Below, in pieces: positions 21,570 to 33,549 of a stretch of DNA of 64,000 bases (the first letter of the stretch is position 1; every line of letters starts with the position of its first letter). The DNA is from Polyangiales bacterium (GTDB lineage: Bacteria > Myxococcota_A > Polyangia > Polyangiales > Ga0077539), in contig JBGARZ010000001.1 in assembly GCA_044229975.1 (NCBI GenBank), positions 96,001 through 160,000 of the forward strand, written 5' to 3'. Under the pieces are notes generated by a model. It made no database searches. It was not told the origin of the DNA and saw only the letters and a list, made by a program, of their open reading frames with translations. Made by a program: the position numbers and the translations under genes.

Positions 21570-22823
21570 TCAGGCCATGGCGTGAAGCGCGGTCACCAGT
21601 GCTCGCCCGTCGACGGGTCGATCGGTCACCTCGGCCTCAAGGCACTGGCGCAGCAGTGCGCCCACCGCGGGCGACTCGCCCAGCCCCAGCGCGACGCCCA
21701 TCGCGCCAAACGAATACACATCGAGCGCCGGGCCGATGACCTCCCCCGCCCGCGCCTCCGGAGCGGTGAAGCCCGCGGTGCCCTCCATCGCCTCGGCCCT
21801 CTCGCCGATGCGCCGCGCGAGACCGAGGTCGGACACCACCGCGCGACCGTCGCCCCGCAGCAGCACGTTGCCCGGCTTCAGGTCGCGGTGCACCCACCCT
21901 GCTTCGTGCATCCTCGCCAGCGCAAACGCCACGTCGCGCAGCCACGCGCGGGCCTCGTCCGCGCCAACCGGTCCGCGCGCGATGCACTGCCGGATCGAAC
22001 CCCCGGCGCAGTGCTCCATCACGATGGCGCCCTGCTCGGGGCGCACCTCGAAGAGCCGCACCACCCGCGCCGATCGCACGGCCTCCGCCACCTCCGCCTC
22101 CGCGCGCATCCTTGCCCGCCGCGCCTCCCGACCGCCTCCCCCGTGGTGCAGCTTCACCGCCACCTCGCGCCCGAGTCGCTCGTCGCGCGCCAGAAACACC
22201 GCGCCTGCGCCGCCCCGACCGAGCTCCTTCAAGAGCGCGTAGCGCCCGATGCCCGCCCGCGCATCGGGCGCCAGCAGCGTCGCCCCCGCGTCGCCCGGCC
22301 GCGCGCTCTCGCCCAGGCGACGCAGCCGCTCCCTCGCGCCGGGATACGACAGCTCGCACGCCACCAGCTCTTCCAGCCACCGCGCCGCCGCGTCGCGGTC
22401 TCCGCGCTCGATGCACAGATCGCCGAGGGCGAGCCGCGCCCGCAGCGCCCCGTCGCCCGGGTGTCGCACCGCGGCGACGAGCACCCGCGTCGCGACGTCG
22501 GCCTCGCCGCGCCCCTGGAAGTACTCGGCCAGCAGCCCGCTCGCGTCGCCGTCGAGGTCGTCGCGCTCGCTCAGCTCACGGAGCATTCGCACCAGCCCCG
22601 TCGCCGCCACCGGATCGATGTCTCCGCGCAGCGCCGTCACCGACCGTCGCACCGCCTCGCTCGGCGGCAGCGAACGCATGCGCTCGGTGACCTCCACCAC
22701 GTCCGGTCGGGGCTTTGGCTGCGGCGGCGCGACCATCACGACGGGAGGCGGCTCGACCTCCTCCGCCGATTGCTCCACCCCCTTCGCGCCCGTGACGCGT
22801 CTCCACCAGTCCTTGATTCCCAT
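21570..22823 (-). CDS. Cytoplasmic Ser/Thr protein kinase with N-terminal TPR-like region
   Basis: LGRGGAGAV, VAVK, HRDLKPGNVLL, DLG, GT.GFTAPE and DVYSFG; no TM segment. Confidence 0.88.
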   Translation of the reverse strand: MGIKDWWRRVTGAKGVEQSAEEVEPPPVVMVAPPQPKPRPDVVEVTERMRSLPPSEAVRRSVTALRGDIDPVAATGLVRMLRELSERDDLDGDASGLLAEYFQGRGEADVATRVLVAAVRHPGDGALRARLALGDLCIERGDRDAAARWLEELVACELSYPGARERLRRLGESARPGDAGATLLAPDARAGIGRYALLKELGRGGAGAVFLARDERLGREVAVKLHHGGGGREARRARMRAEAEVAEAVRSARVVRLFEVRPEQGAIVMEHCAGGSIRQCIARGPVGADEARAWLRDVAFALARMHEAGWVHRDLKPGNVLLRGDGRAVVSDLGLARRIGERAEAMEGTAGFTAPEARAGEVIGPALDVYSFGAMGVALGLGESPAVGALLRQCLEAEVTDRPVDGRALVTALHAMA

Positions 22824-22831
22824 GACGGCCT

Positions 22832-23974
22832 CTACAAGACCTCGATCCACCCGGCCGCGCCGTCGACCCGGTCGCCGCGCGCCAGCACCAGCGCCATCGC
22901 CACCCGCTGCCCGTTGAGCTGCAACGGCGCCGCCGGCTCCAGCACCAGGCCCGCCTCGCCGCGCGTCACCACCCCCAGCTTCGTGCGCCACCCCTTCCCC
23001 AGAACGGCCACCCGGCGCCCCCGGTCGAGGCCGCGCTCGACCGCCAGCGTGAGCCCGCCGTCGTCGAGCGAGACCCGCAGCGCGAGGTCGTCCCCGAGCT
23101 CGACCCGCTGGCCGTCGCGCAGCGGCATCGCGGCGCCGATGCGAAGCCCGTCGAGCCGCGTGCCCGACCGGCTCTCCAGGTCCCGGATCACGTAGTTCCC
23201 GTCCGCCTGCGACAGCTCGCAGTGCCGACGCGACACCCCCGCGCCTCGCAGCACGAGGTCACCCTCGCGGCCGATCACCAGCGGCAGCGTCGCCATCAGG
23301 CTCACCGGCTCGCCGTCGACCTTCAGCTCCATCTTCGCCCCGCGGAGCACGGCCGCCGTGCGCTGGTCGAGCAGCCGGCGCGCCTCGTGGTCGTCGCCGT
23401 GCTCTCCCACCCACGTCCGCAGCGCCGACAGCGAGCCCGGCCGGTCGCCCGAACGCCAGCGGGTCTCGGCGTCTTCCGTCGCGGCCCGTCGACGCAGCTC
23501 GTGGCGGTCGACGTCGTCGCGGGCGCCGGTCAGGCGTTCGAGCGCATCGACGTCCCCGGAGAGCGTGAGCGTCCGCACGAGACCCTCGCGGTCTTCGAGC
23601 ACCACGTAGGCGCGGGCCGCGTCGGCGTGCTCGCCCAACGCTTCCAGTGAGCGCGCAGCGTCGGCCAGGGCGCGGCGCTCGTCGTCGGTGCGCGGCGCGC
23701 TGTCTTCGGCTTCCTCCACGGACAAGCGCGCGAGAAGACGGCGGGCCTCGGCGCGTTGAGACTCCTCCTTGGCGATGGTCGAGGCGCGGGCCAGGAGCGA
23801 GCGTCGCGTCTCCAGGGCGCGGGTGGTCTCGGCGACGGCGAGCAGCACCCGCACGGCCTCGTCCCTCGCCCCGGCCTCGACGTAGAGACGCACCGCGTCT
23901 TCGAAGCGTCCCTCGGCCTCCGCCCTCTCAGCGGCCCCGTTGGACCGGAATGCACGCGACAACCACGACCACAT
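22832..23974 (-). CDS. TPR-like plus FHA domain protein
   Basis: Helical-repeat N-terminus; FHA motifs IGRE, VSRRHC and DLESRSGT. Confidence 0.8.
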   Translation of the reverse strand: MWSWLSRAFRSNGAAERAEAEGRFEDAVRLYVEAGARDEAVRVLLAVAETTRALETRRSLLARASTIAKEESQRAEARRLLARLSVEEAEDSAPRTDDERRALADAARSLEALGEHADAARAYVVLEDREGLVRTLTLSGDVDALERLTGARDDVDRHELRRRAATEDAETRWRSGDRPGSLSALRTWVGEHGDDHEARRLLDQRTAAVLRGAKMELKVDGEPVSLMATLPLVIGREGDLVLRGAGVSRRHCELSQADGNYVIRDLESRSGTRLDGLRIGAAMPLRDGQRVELGDDLALRVSLDDGGLTLAVERGLDRGRRVAVLGKGWRTKLGVVTRGEAGLVLEPAAPLQLNGQRVAMALVLARGDRVDGAAGWIEVL

Positions 23975-24102
23975 GGAAGATCCTCAGCGAGGCGTGATAG
24001 ATACCATGACGTGCCACGTCCCAACCTCGCGACCTTTCCGACGCATCGCGAGCGACGACGGCGGCCAGACCGAAGTGCTCTACGACCAGATGGAGGCGTG
24101 TG

Positions 24103-25839
<1,737 letters not shown>

Positions 25840-25846
25840 GCCCGCC

Positions 25847-26980
25847 ATGACCGCACCCACCGACTCCGCCCCGCCGTCCATCCTCGAGCTCCTGCGCATC
25901 ATGGTCGAGCGCAGCGCGAGCGACCTGCACGTCACCACGGGGTCGCCCCCGATGCTGCGCATCGACGATCAGCTCCTGCCCCTGCGGCGGGGCCTGCCCG
26001 TGCTCACCCCCGCCGACACGCAGCGGCTCTGCTATCAGATCCTCACCGAAGAGCAGCGCGCGCGCTTCGAGCGGAGCTGTGAGATCGACCTGTCCTTCGG
26101 GGTGAAGGGGCTCGCGCGCTTCCGCGCCAACGTCTTCCTCCAGCGCGGCGCGGTGGCGGGGACGTTCCGGGCGATTCCCTTCAAGATCCTTCCGCTGGAG
26201 GAGCTCGGGCTGCCGCCGGTGGTGGGCGAGTTCGTCACCAAGTCGCGCGGGCTCATCCTGGTGACGGGCCCGACGGGCTCGGGCAAGACCACCACGCTCG
26301 CGGCGATCATCGACAAGATCAACGCCGAGACGCGGCAGCACATCGTCACGATCGAAGACCCGATCGAGTACATGCACCTCAACAAGAACTCGCTGGTCAA
26401 CCAGCGCGAGGTGGGCACCGACTCGGCGACCTTCAAGGACGCGCTGCGCAACGTGCTGCGGCAAGACCCCGACGTGGTGCTCATCGGCGAGCTGCGCGAC
26501 CAGGAGACCGTCGAGGCGGCGCTCTCGGTCTCCGAGACGGGCCACCTCGTGCTCGGAACGCTGCACACCAACTCGGCCTGGCAGGCCATCCACCGCATCG
26601 TCGACATGTTTCCCCAGCAGCAGCAGCAGCAGGTGCGCATCTCGCTGTCGTTCGTGTTGCAGGGCGTGGTGACGCAGCTCCTCCTGCCGCGCGCGGGCGT
26701 CCCGGGGCGCATCGCCGCCGTCGAGGTGCTCGTGCCCAACTCGGGCATCCGCTCGCTCATCCGCGACGACAAGGTCCACCAGATCTACTCGCTCATGCAG
26801 GTGGGTCAGGCCCAGTCGGGGATGCAGACCATGAATCAGTCGCTCGCGACCCTCGTGGCCCGCCGACAGATCACGCTGGAAGAGGCCCAGGGCCGCTCCA
26901 ACGACCCGATCGAGTTGGTGCAGCTTCTGGAAGCCGCCCGCGCCGCCGTCCCCGCCCGCCCTCAGACCCGCGAACCTTAG
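25847..26980 (+). CDS. pilT: Type IV pilus retraction ATPase PilT
   Basis: ASDLH, GPTGSGKTTT, TIEDPIE, NQREVG, ETGHLVLGTLHT, IRSLIRD and GMQTM. Confidence 0.95.
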   Translation: MTAPTDSAPPSILELLRIMVERSASDLHVTTGSPPMLRIDDQLLPLRRGLPVLTPADTQRLCYQILTEEQRARFERSCEIDLSFGVKGLARFRANVFLQRGAVAGTFRAIPFKILPLEELGLPPVVGEFVTKSRGLILVTGPTGSGKTTTLAAIIDKINAETRQHIVTIEDPIEYMHLNKNSLVNQREVGTDSATFKDALRNVLRQDPDVVLIGELRDQETVEAALSVSETGHLVLGTLHTNSAWQAIHRIVDMFPQQQQQQVRISLSFVLQGVVTQLLLPRAGVPGRIAAVEVLVPNSGIRSLIRDDKVHQIYSLMQVGQAQSGMQTMNQSLATLVARRQITLEEAQGRSNDPIELVQLLEAARAAVPARPQTREP

Positions 26981-27029
26981 GCGATAACCTTTTGACCGCG
27001 GGCTCGCGGCCCAAGTACGATCGCGATCG

Positions 27030-28235
27030 ATGCCGACGTTTACGTACGAGGCGAAGACCCGGACCGGTGAGGCCCGCAGCGGCACCATGGAGGCCGACGA
27101 CGAGGCCACCGTAGGGCAGCGACTGCGCCAGCAGCAGCTCCAGCCCACCAAGATCGCCAAGAAGGGATTCAGCTTCAACTTCGGCGGAGGCGGCAGCGTC
27201 TCGACGAAGGACCTCGTGATCTTCACGCGGCAATTCTCGACGATGATCGACGCCGGCCTGCCGCTGGTGCAGTGCCTCGAGATCCTCAGCTCGCAGATCG
27301 AGAACCCGGCCTTCGCGCGTGTGCTCCGCTCGGTGAAAAACGACGTCGAGGGCGGGCTCACCTTCAGCGACTCGCTGGCCAAGCACCCGAAGATCTTCGA
27401 CCACCTCTTCTGCAACCTCATCCGCGCGGGCGAGGTCGGCGGCATCCTCGATACCATCCTCCAGCGCCTCGCGGCCTACATCGAGAAGAACGCGAAGCTC
27501 ATCCGCCAGGTGAAGAGCGCGCTCACCTATCCCATCGGGGTGCTCGTGATCGCCGCGGGCGTCATCGGCATCATGATGATCTTCGTGATCCCGAGCTTCG
27601 AGTCGATGTTCAAGGAGTTCGGCGGCGAGCTGCCGGCGCTCACGCAGACCGTCATCAACGCGTCGCACTTCCTCGTCGACAACATCGTCTTCATCGTCGG
27701 CGGCATCCTCGCGACCTTCTTCGCCTTCCGCTATTGGAAGAACACCGCGGCCGGCACGCGCGCCATCGACAAGGCGCTGCTCCAGTTTCCGGTGATCGGC
27801 AACGTGATGCGGAAGATCGCCGTCGCGCGCTTCACCCGCACGCTCGGCACCCTGCTCTCGTCGGGCGTGCCCATCCTCGACGCGCTCGAAATCGTGGCCA
27901 AGAGCTCCGGCAACTACATCATCGAGCAGGGCATCATGCAGGCCCGCGCGAAGATCGCCGAGGGCAAGAACATGGCGGAGCCCCTCGCGGAGACCAACGT
28001 GTTCCCCTCGATGGTGGTGCAGATGATCGCCGTGGGTGAGCAGACCGGCGCGCTCGACACCATGCTCAACAAGATCGCCGACTTCTACGAGGAGGAGGTC
28101 GACGTCGCGGTGTCCGCCATGACCTCGCTGCTGGAGCCCATCATGATGGTCTTCATCGGCGGCAGCGTCGGCACGATGATCATCGCGATGTACCTCCCCA
28201 TCTTTACGATGGCCGGTAACATCAAGGCGGGCTGA
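27030..28235 (+). CDS. pilC: Type IV pilus inner-membrane platform protein PilC (GspF family)
   Basis: FTRQFSTMIDAGLPL, AGEVGGILD, KSALTYP, GEQTGALD, LLEP and AMYLPIF. Confidence 0.97.
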   Translation: MPTFTYEAKTRTGEARSGTMEADDEATVGQRLRQQQLQPTKIAKKGFSFNFGGGGSVSTKDLVIFTRQFSTMIDAGLPLVQCLEILSSQIENPAFARVLRSVKNDVEGGLTFSDSLAKHPKIFDHLFCNLIRAGEVGGILDTILQRLAAYIEKNAKLIRQVKSALTYPIGVLVIAAGVIGIMMIFVIPSFESMFKEFGGELPALTQTVINASHFLVDNIVFIVGGILATFFAFRYWKNTAAGTRAIDKALLQFPVIGNVMRKIAVARFTRTLGTLLSSGVPILDALEIVAKSSGNYIIEQGIMQARAKIAEGKNMAEPLAETNVFPSMVVQMIAVGEQTGALDTMLNKIADFYEEEVDVAVSAMTSLLEPIMMVFIGGSVGTMIIAMYLPIFTMAGNIKAG

Positions 28236-28262
28236 GTCCGCGATGTCCGCGTAGTACTGCCG

Positions 28263-30020
28263 ATGCCTGCCCTGCGCGGCGCGTCCCTCCCCCCCGAGCC
28301 GCTCTCCCTCGTCGGCAACACCGACGCCCAGCTCCGCGAGCGCTTCCAGTTTCTCACCGCCGCCCGGGTGATGGTCTGCACCGTCATCTTCGGCGGCACC
28401 GTCGCGGTGTACCTCGCCGAGGGCCACTCGCTCGACGACGCCACGCCGAAGCTCCTCCTCTCGGTGATCATCGCCATCTACGTGGTGTCCCTCGTGTACG
28501 CGCTGCAGATCCGCAGCGCGCCCCGCGGACGGCTCGTCACCCTCACGGCGGTGAGCATCGCGCTCGACCTCGCCGCGTGGACCGTCCTCGCCTACGCCAC
28601 CGGCGGCGCGGGATCGCCGCTCAGCACCTTCTTCGGACTCAGCACCCTCACGGCCGCCCTCGTGCTCGGCGGCAACGGCACCCTCTGGACGGCGGTAAGC
28701 TCCCTCGCCGCATACGGCGTGCTCGCGCTCACCATGGCCCTCGGCGTGGTGCTCCCGCCGTCGGATCAGCTCCACATCCCGCACAACCCCATCGAGACCA
28801 CCTACCAGATGGTGGTCACCCTCACGGCCATCATCTCCATCACGGCCATCGGCGGCGCCCTCGCCGACCGCCTCGTGGTGACCGGCGACGCCCTGCTCCG
28901 CGTCGAGGCCTCGCGCGTGAGCCTCATCGCCCTCTACGAAGACGTGCTGCGCTCCATCCCCGCCGCGCTCGTCACGTACACCGCCGACGGACTCGTCGAC
29001 GGCGCCAACCCCTTCGCCGCGCTCTTCCTCGACCTCGAACCCGTGGAGATGCTCGGCCGCCCCGCCCACGAGGTGCTGCCCTTCGTCCCGCGCGTCGCCC
29101 TCGACGGTGACGCGGGCAGCTCCAGCGGCGATGCGCGGCTCAAGACGGCGTACCGGGAGATCCCGATCGCGTACCACGTCGCGCCGCTCTACACGCACGA
29201 CGGCTCGCGCCGCGGCGGCATCGTGGTGGTCGAAGACCGCTCGCACGAGGAGGGGCTGCGCCACGCCGTCGAGACCTCCGAGCGATTTGCCCAGCTCGGT
29301 CGCCTCGCGGCGGGCCTCGCGCACGAGATCCGCAACCCGCTGGGCGCCATCTCCGGGTGCGTCGAGCTGGTGCGCGAGACCGCGTCGCTCGACACCGAGG
29401 AGCGCAGCCTGCTGGCGACCGTGAGCCGCGACGTGGCCCGGCTCAACGACCTCGTCACCGACATGCTCCAGTTTGCGCGACCGCGGTTGCCCGATCGGGT
29501 TCCGGTCGATGTGAGCGCGCTCGCGAGGGACGTGGTGGCGCTGGCCCGCACCTCGGGCGGCCCCGAGGCGCGCGTGATGATCGCGCTGCATGCGCCAAAC
29601 CCCGTGGTCGCCTCCGTCGATTCGGCGCAGTGCAAGCAGGTGCTCTGGAACCTCCTGCGCAACGCCGCGCAGGCGTCGCGCGTGGGCACCGAGGTGCAGA
29701 TCGAGGTGGTGGGCACCGAGCACGAGGCGGCGCTGCGCGTGCTCGACCGCGGACCAGGCATCGAGCCCGAGCTGCGCGAGCGGATCTTCGACGCGTTCTA
29801 TTCGGGCACGGCGCGGGGCACGGGGCTGGGTCTCGCGATCGTGAAGCGCATCGCCGACGCCCACCACGGGCGCGTGGAGATCGACGAGCGCGAAGGGGGC
29901 GGGAGCATCTTCGCGTGGATCGTCCCGCGCGACGTCATCACCGCGTCGATGCTGGGTCCGTCGGAGCCGACCGGGGAGCTGCCCGTCGGGATTCCGACGG
30001 TTCCGCCGCCGATCTCATGA
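28263..30020 (+). CDS. pilS: PilS-like membrane sensor histidine kinase (polytopic N-terminus, PAS, HisKA, HATPase)
   Basis: About six TM helices; H-box LAHEIRNPL, N-box QVLWNLLRNA, DRGPGI and GTGLGL; directly follows pilC. Confidence 0.8.
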   Translation: MPALRGASLPPEPLSLVGNTDAQLRERFQFLTAARVMVCTVIFGGTVAVYLAEGHSLDDATPKLLLSVIIAIYVVSLVYALQIRSAPRGRLVTLTAVSIALDLAAWTVLAYATGGAGSPLSTFFGLSTLTAALVLGGNGTLWTAVSSLAAYGVLALTMALGVVLPPSDQLHIPHNPIETTYQMVVTLTAIISITAIGGALADRLVVTGDALLRVEASRVSLIALYEDVLRSIPAALVTYTADGLVDGANPFAALFLDLEPVEMLGRPAHEVLPFVPRVALDGDAGSSSGDARLKTAYREIPIAYHVAPLYTHDGSRRGGIVVVEDRSHEEGLRHAVETSERFAQLGRLAAGLAHEIRNPLGAISGCVELVRETASLDTEERSLLATVSRDVARLNDLVTDMLQFARPRLPDRVPVDVSALARDVVALARTSGGPEARVMIALHAPNPVVASVDSAQCKQVLWNLLRNAAQASRVGTEVQIEVVGTEHEAALRVLDRGPGIEPELRERIFDAFYSGTARGTGLGLAIVKRIADAHHGRVEIDEREGGGSIFAWIVPRDVITASMLGPSEPTGELPVGIPTVPPPIS

Positions 30021-30641
30021 GCCCTGCTTGCGACGCTCTTTCGCCTCGACCGCGTCGACGAAGAGGCTCGTGTACTCCACCGCCGACGTGACCGAGAAGA
30101 CCATCGACAGCACCACGAGCCATTGCCCGCAGAGGTTGAGGTCGACCGCCTTCGCGTAGAACGGCACCACGGGATACGGGAAGTGCAGGATGAGGCAGAG
30201 GATGCCGACCATCTGGAGGGCGGTCTTCCACTTGCCGCCCTCGCCCGCGGCGATGACCACGCCCTCGCTCGCCGCGATGGCGCGCAGCGAGGTGATGGCG
30301 AGCTCGCGGCCGAGGAGCACCACGACGATCCACGGCGCGATGCGGCCCATGCGCGTGAGGTACATCAGCAGCGCCATCACCAGCAGCTTGTCGGCGAGCG
30401 GGTCGAGAAACTTCCCGAAGACGCTCTCGATGTTCCACTTGCGGGCGAGGTAGCCGTCGAGGAGGTCGGTGACCGCCGTTGCGCCATAGAGCCAGCCCGC
30501 GATGATCGCGTCGCGCGGCGTGCCCGCCACGACGAAGTAGAGCACCGCGGGGATCATCACCACACGCCCCATGGTGAGGGCGTTGGGGAGGTTCCAGATG
30601 TCCGTACGGGTCGACGAGCGCGGTGCGGTGGGTTCGGACAC
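30015..30641 (-). CDS. pgsA: CDP-diacylglycerol--glycerol-3-phosphate 3-phosphatidyltransferase
   Basis: NLPNALT.GR, TDLLDGYLARK...FGKFLDPLADKLL, RELAITSLR and GKWKT; GTG start at 30641 is estimated. Confidence 0.92.
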   Translation of the reverse strand: MSEPTAPRSSTRTDIWNLPNALTMGRVVMIPAVLYFVVAGTPRDAIIAGWLYGATAVTDLLDGYLARKWNIESVFGKFLDPLADKLLVMALLMYLTRMGRIAPWIVVVLLGRELAITSLRAIAASEGVVIAAGEGGKWKTALQMVGILCLILHFPYPVVPFYAKAVDLNLCGQWLVVLSMVFSVTSAVEYTSLFVDAVEAKERRKQGS

Positions 30642-30699
30642 GGCGGGCAGACTACACCCCGACGGGCGCGGAGATGGCCCTGTCGTCGCGCGGCGCGAG

Positions 30700-32130
30700 G
30701 TGGCAGAATCCCGGGCCGTGACCCGCGGATCGAAGCTCGCCGACGTCGAAAACACGCGCACGATCCAGCCCGAGCGGCTGGTGGGCCCGACCATCCGCGG
30801 CATCCGCGTCACCGTGGTGAGCGGCCCCGACGTGGGCGTCGACAGCGTGCTCGCGCTCAACCGCGGCATCCTGGGCCGCAGCCAGGGATGCGACGTGCGC
30901 CTCTCCGACCCGACCATCTCGGCCTTCCACGTCGAGCTCCACGCCGTCGACGACCAGGCCGCCATCCACGTCAAAGACCTCTCGTCGCGCAACGGCACCC
31001 GCTACGCCGGGGCGCGCATCGAAGCCGCGCTGCTCCCCTCGGGCGCGACCGTGGAGGTGGGCAGCTCGGTGGTGCGCATCCAGCTCGACGCGGCGGTGGA
31101 GACCCCGCTGCCGGACATCCACTCCTTCGGCGAGCTGCGCGGCCGCAACGGCGCGATGCGCGAGATGTTCTCCACGCTCCAGCGGCTCGCGCGCACGGAG
31201 CTCTCGATTCTCATCGAGGGGCAGACGGGGACGGGCAAGGAGCTCGCGGCGCGCGCCGTCCATGACGCGAGCCTCTACGGGCAGGGGCCCTTCGCGGTGC
31301 TCGACTGCACGGCCATTCCGTCGACGCTGGCGGAGAGCGTTCTGTTCGGCCACGAGCGCGGCGCGTTTACGGGAGCGAGCGAGCGGCGCATCGGCATCTT
31401 CGAGGCGGCCGAGGGCGGGACGGTCTTCCTCGACGAGGTGGGCGAGCTCCCGCTGGAGCTGCAACCCAAGTTGTTGCGCGTGCTCGAACGCCGCGAGGTC
31501 GTCCGCGTCGGCAGCACGACGCCGAAGCCGGTGCAGGTGCGGGTCATCTCCGCGACGTGGCGCGACCTGCGGCAGATGATCAACCACGGCCGCTTCCGCG
31601 AAGACCTCTACTACCGGCTCGCGCAGGCGCGAGTGACCATTCCGCCTCTGAAGGAGCGCGCGGACGACATCCCGACGCTCGTCTACCACTTCCTCCAGCG
31701 GCTCCCGCCCAACACCCAGGGGGCGCGCGCCATCTCGCCGGAGGCGCTGCAAGAGCTCATGCGCCGCGAGTACGCGGGCAACATCCGTGAGCTGAAGAGC
31801 GCCGTCGAGCGCGCGGCGATGATGGCCGAAGGCGCCGTCATCACGCCGGCCGACCTGGCCTTCGAGCGCATCCTGTCGGGCGAGCGCGCCAAGGCGCAGA
31901 CCATCAGCGCGCCGACGGCGGTGGCGCCGCCGGGGTCCGACCCGCAGCAGCCGCTCACGCCTTTCAAGGACGCCAAGCGAACGCTCATCGACGAGTTCGA
32001 GAAGGACTACCTCCAGCGATTGCTGCATCGCACCGGCGACAACCTCTCGCGCGCGGCGGCGCTGGCGGGCATCGAGCGCCACTACCTGCGCGACCTGTTC
32101 CGCAAGCACGGCCTGCGCTCCGACGACTGA
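30700..32130 (+). CDS. FHA-domain sigma54-dependent transcriptional activator (FHA-AAA+-HTH)
   Basis: FHA (LGRS...ISAFH...SRNGT), GQTGTGKE, GAFTGA, FLDEVGE, FREDLYYRL, GNIREL and Fis-type HTH (NLSRAAALAGI); start is uncertain (GTG at 30700 or 30718). Confidence 0.92.
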   Translation: MAESRAVTRGSKLADVENTRTIQPERLVGPTIRGIRVTVVSGPDVGVDSVLALNRGILGRSQGCDVRLSDPTISAFHVELHAVDDQAAIHVKDLSSRNGTRYAGARIEAALLPSGATVEVGSSVVRIQLDAAVETPLPDIHSFGELRGRNGAMREMFSTLQRLARTELSILIEGQTGTGKELAARAVHDASLYGQGPFAVLDCTAIPSTLAESVLFGHERGAFTGASERRIGIFEAAEGGTVFLDEVGELPLELQPKLLRVLERREVVRVGSTTPKPVQVRVISATWRDLRQMINHGRFREDLYYRLAQARVTIPPLKERADDIPTLVYHFLQRLPPNTQGARAISPEALQELMRREYAGNIRELKSAVERAAMMAEGAVITPADLAFERILSGERAKAQTISAPTAVAPPGSDPQQPLTPFKDAKRTLIDEFEKDYLQRLLHRTGDNLSRAAALAGIERHYLRDLFRKHGLRSDD

Positions 32131-32143
32131 GCGGCCCCGCGAC

Positions 32144-33106
32144 ATGAACACCAAGCGACTGCTCGCGCTGATGCTCGCGGTCATCCTGCTGTACGCGGGC
32201 ATCGTCCTGCTCGGCGACGTGCGCGCGCTGCGGGCGACCCTCGTCCACTACGCGTGGTGGACCTTCGCCGTCGCGCTCGCCCTCTCCCTCGGCAACTACC
32301 TGCTGCGCTTCCTCAAGTGGGACTTCTACCTGAAGCTCCTCGGCGTCCGCGACGTGCCCTTCGCCGAGAGCTTCACGGTCTACCTCGCGGGCTTCGCGAT
32401 GTCGGTCACACCGGCCAAGGCGGGCGAGGTCTTCAAGAGCGCGCTGCTCGCGAGCGCCCGCGGTGTGCCCGTCGCCCGCACCGCGCCCATCGTCATCGCC
32501 GACCGCCTCACCGACCTCATCTCCCTCATCGCGATGGTCGCCGCCGGCGGCGTGCTCTTCCCCGGCGGCTGGGTCGTCGCGCTCCTCGCCTCGACCCTCG
32601 TCGGGGCCTTGATGGTCTTCGTGCTCGTGCGACCGCTCGGCGACTGGGCCATCGCGCAGACCGAGCGCTTCGCCGTCGGCCGCCGCTTCGCCCCGAAGGT
32701 GCGCGTGGCCTACGACGCCCTGCGCATCCTCGCCTCGCCGCGCGCGCTGCTGCTCCCCACCGCCATCTCCGCCGTCGCGTGGGCGATGGAGGCGCTCGGC
32801 CTCTGGCTCATCCTGCATGGGCTGGGAGCCCCCTGCTCGGTGGCCCTCGCGTTCTTCGTGTATGCCACTGGGACGCTCGCGGGTGCCGTGGCGATGCTGC
32901 CGGGCGGGGTCGGCGGCGCCGAGGCCACCATGATCCTCCTGCTGGTCGCACTCTCCCACCACGGCATCGCCGAGCCGTCGGCCAAGGCTGGAACGCTGCT
33001 CTGCCGCCTCGCCACGCTGTGGTTCGCGGTGGCGCTTGGTGCGGCGGCGCTCGCGTGGTTTCGTCGCAGCTACGACCGCGGCCGCGACGAGGCGCCCGCC
33101 GCCTGA
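32144..33106 (+). CDS. Flippase-like / lysylphosphatidylglycerol synthase TM domain protein (UPF0104)
   Basis: Polytopic; LRFLKW, TPAKAGE, DRLTD, PGGVGGAE and RLATLW motifs. Confidence 0.85.
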   Translation: MNTKRLLALMLAVILLYAGIVLLGDVRALRATLVHYAWWTFAVALALSLGNYLLRFLKWDFYLKLLGVRDVPFAESFTVYLAGFAMSVTPAKAGEVFKSALLASARGVPVARTAPIVIADRLTDLISLIAMVAAGGVLFPGGWVVALLASTLVGALMVFVLVRPLGDWAIAQTERFAVGRRFAPKVRVAYDALRILASPRALLLPTAISAVAWAMEALGLWLILHGLGAPCSVALAFFVYATGTLAGAVAMLPGGVGGAEATMILLLVALSHHGIAEPSAKAGTLLCRLATLWFAVALGAAALAWFRRSYDRGRDEAPAA

Positions 33107-33107
33107 G

Positions 33108-33545
33108 TCACTGGGTGTCGGTGCTCTCGTCGTCGTCGCCGTCGTCGAGCGCAGGCAGGGCCGTGTCGACCACGTCGTAGGGGTCCCTCGTGGGGCCCTC
33201 TTCGCCGCCGTCGGGCTCGTCGGCGGGGACGTCGTCGACCTCCGCGACCTCGTCGCTCGGGCGATCGTCGTCGCCGGTCCAACCCCCGCGCTCGTCATCG
33301 GGCAGCGCGTCGATGGGGTCGTCGTCCGACCCGCTGTCGTCACTCACCGTTTCGTCGTCGAACACCAGCACCGCGAACGCTCGCGGGTCGACGCCGAGCA
33401 CCTCGTTGTCGTCCAGGCTCGCGTCCCAGGTCTCGTCGAGCGACTCCTCGGGAATCTCCACCCGCCCATCGTCGTCATCGAGCGGACCGAGCGCGGGCAG
33501 TTCGTCGTCGTCTTCCGTCGAGGTGGGAGAGAGGTTCATCGCCAT
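33108..33545 (-). CDS. Extremely acidic hypothetical protein
   Basis: 145-aa ORF, about 37% Asp+Glu by hand count, typical GC3-rich codons, starting 4 nt after the UDG stop. Confidence 0.65.
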   Translation of the reverse strand: MAMNLSPTSTEDDDELPALGPLDDDDGRVEIPEESLDETWDASLDDNEVLGVDPRAFAVLVFDDETVSDDSGSDDDPIDALPDDERGGWTGDDDRPSDEVAEVDDVPADEPDGGEEGPTRDPYDVVDTALPALDDGDDDESTDTQ

Positions 33546-33549
33546 GCGA

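Noticed and set aside
24001..24016. TGGCAC on the minus strand upstream of the FHA-kinase operon as a sigma54 promoter
   Set aside because: The -12 position reads GGTA rather than TTGC; only the -24 half matches.
26615..26632. (CAG)6 tract in pilT as a phase-variable repeat
   Set aside because: It is an in-frame triplet repeat in a segment that is normally Gln/Glu-rich and of the usual length in PilT, so slippage would not switch the gene off.
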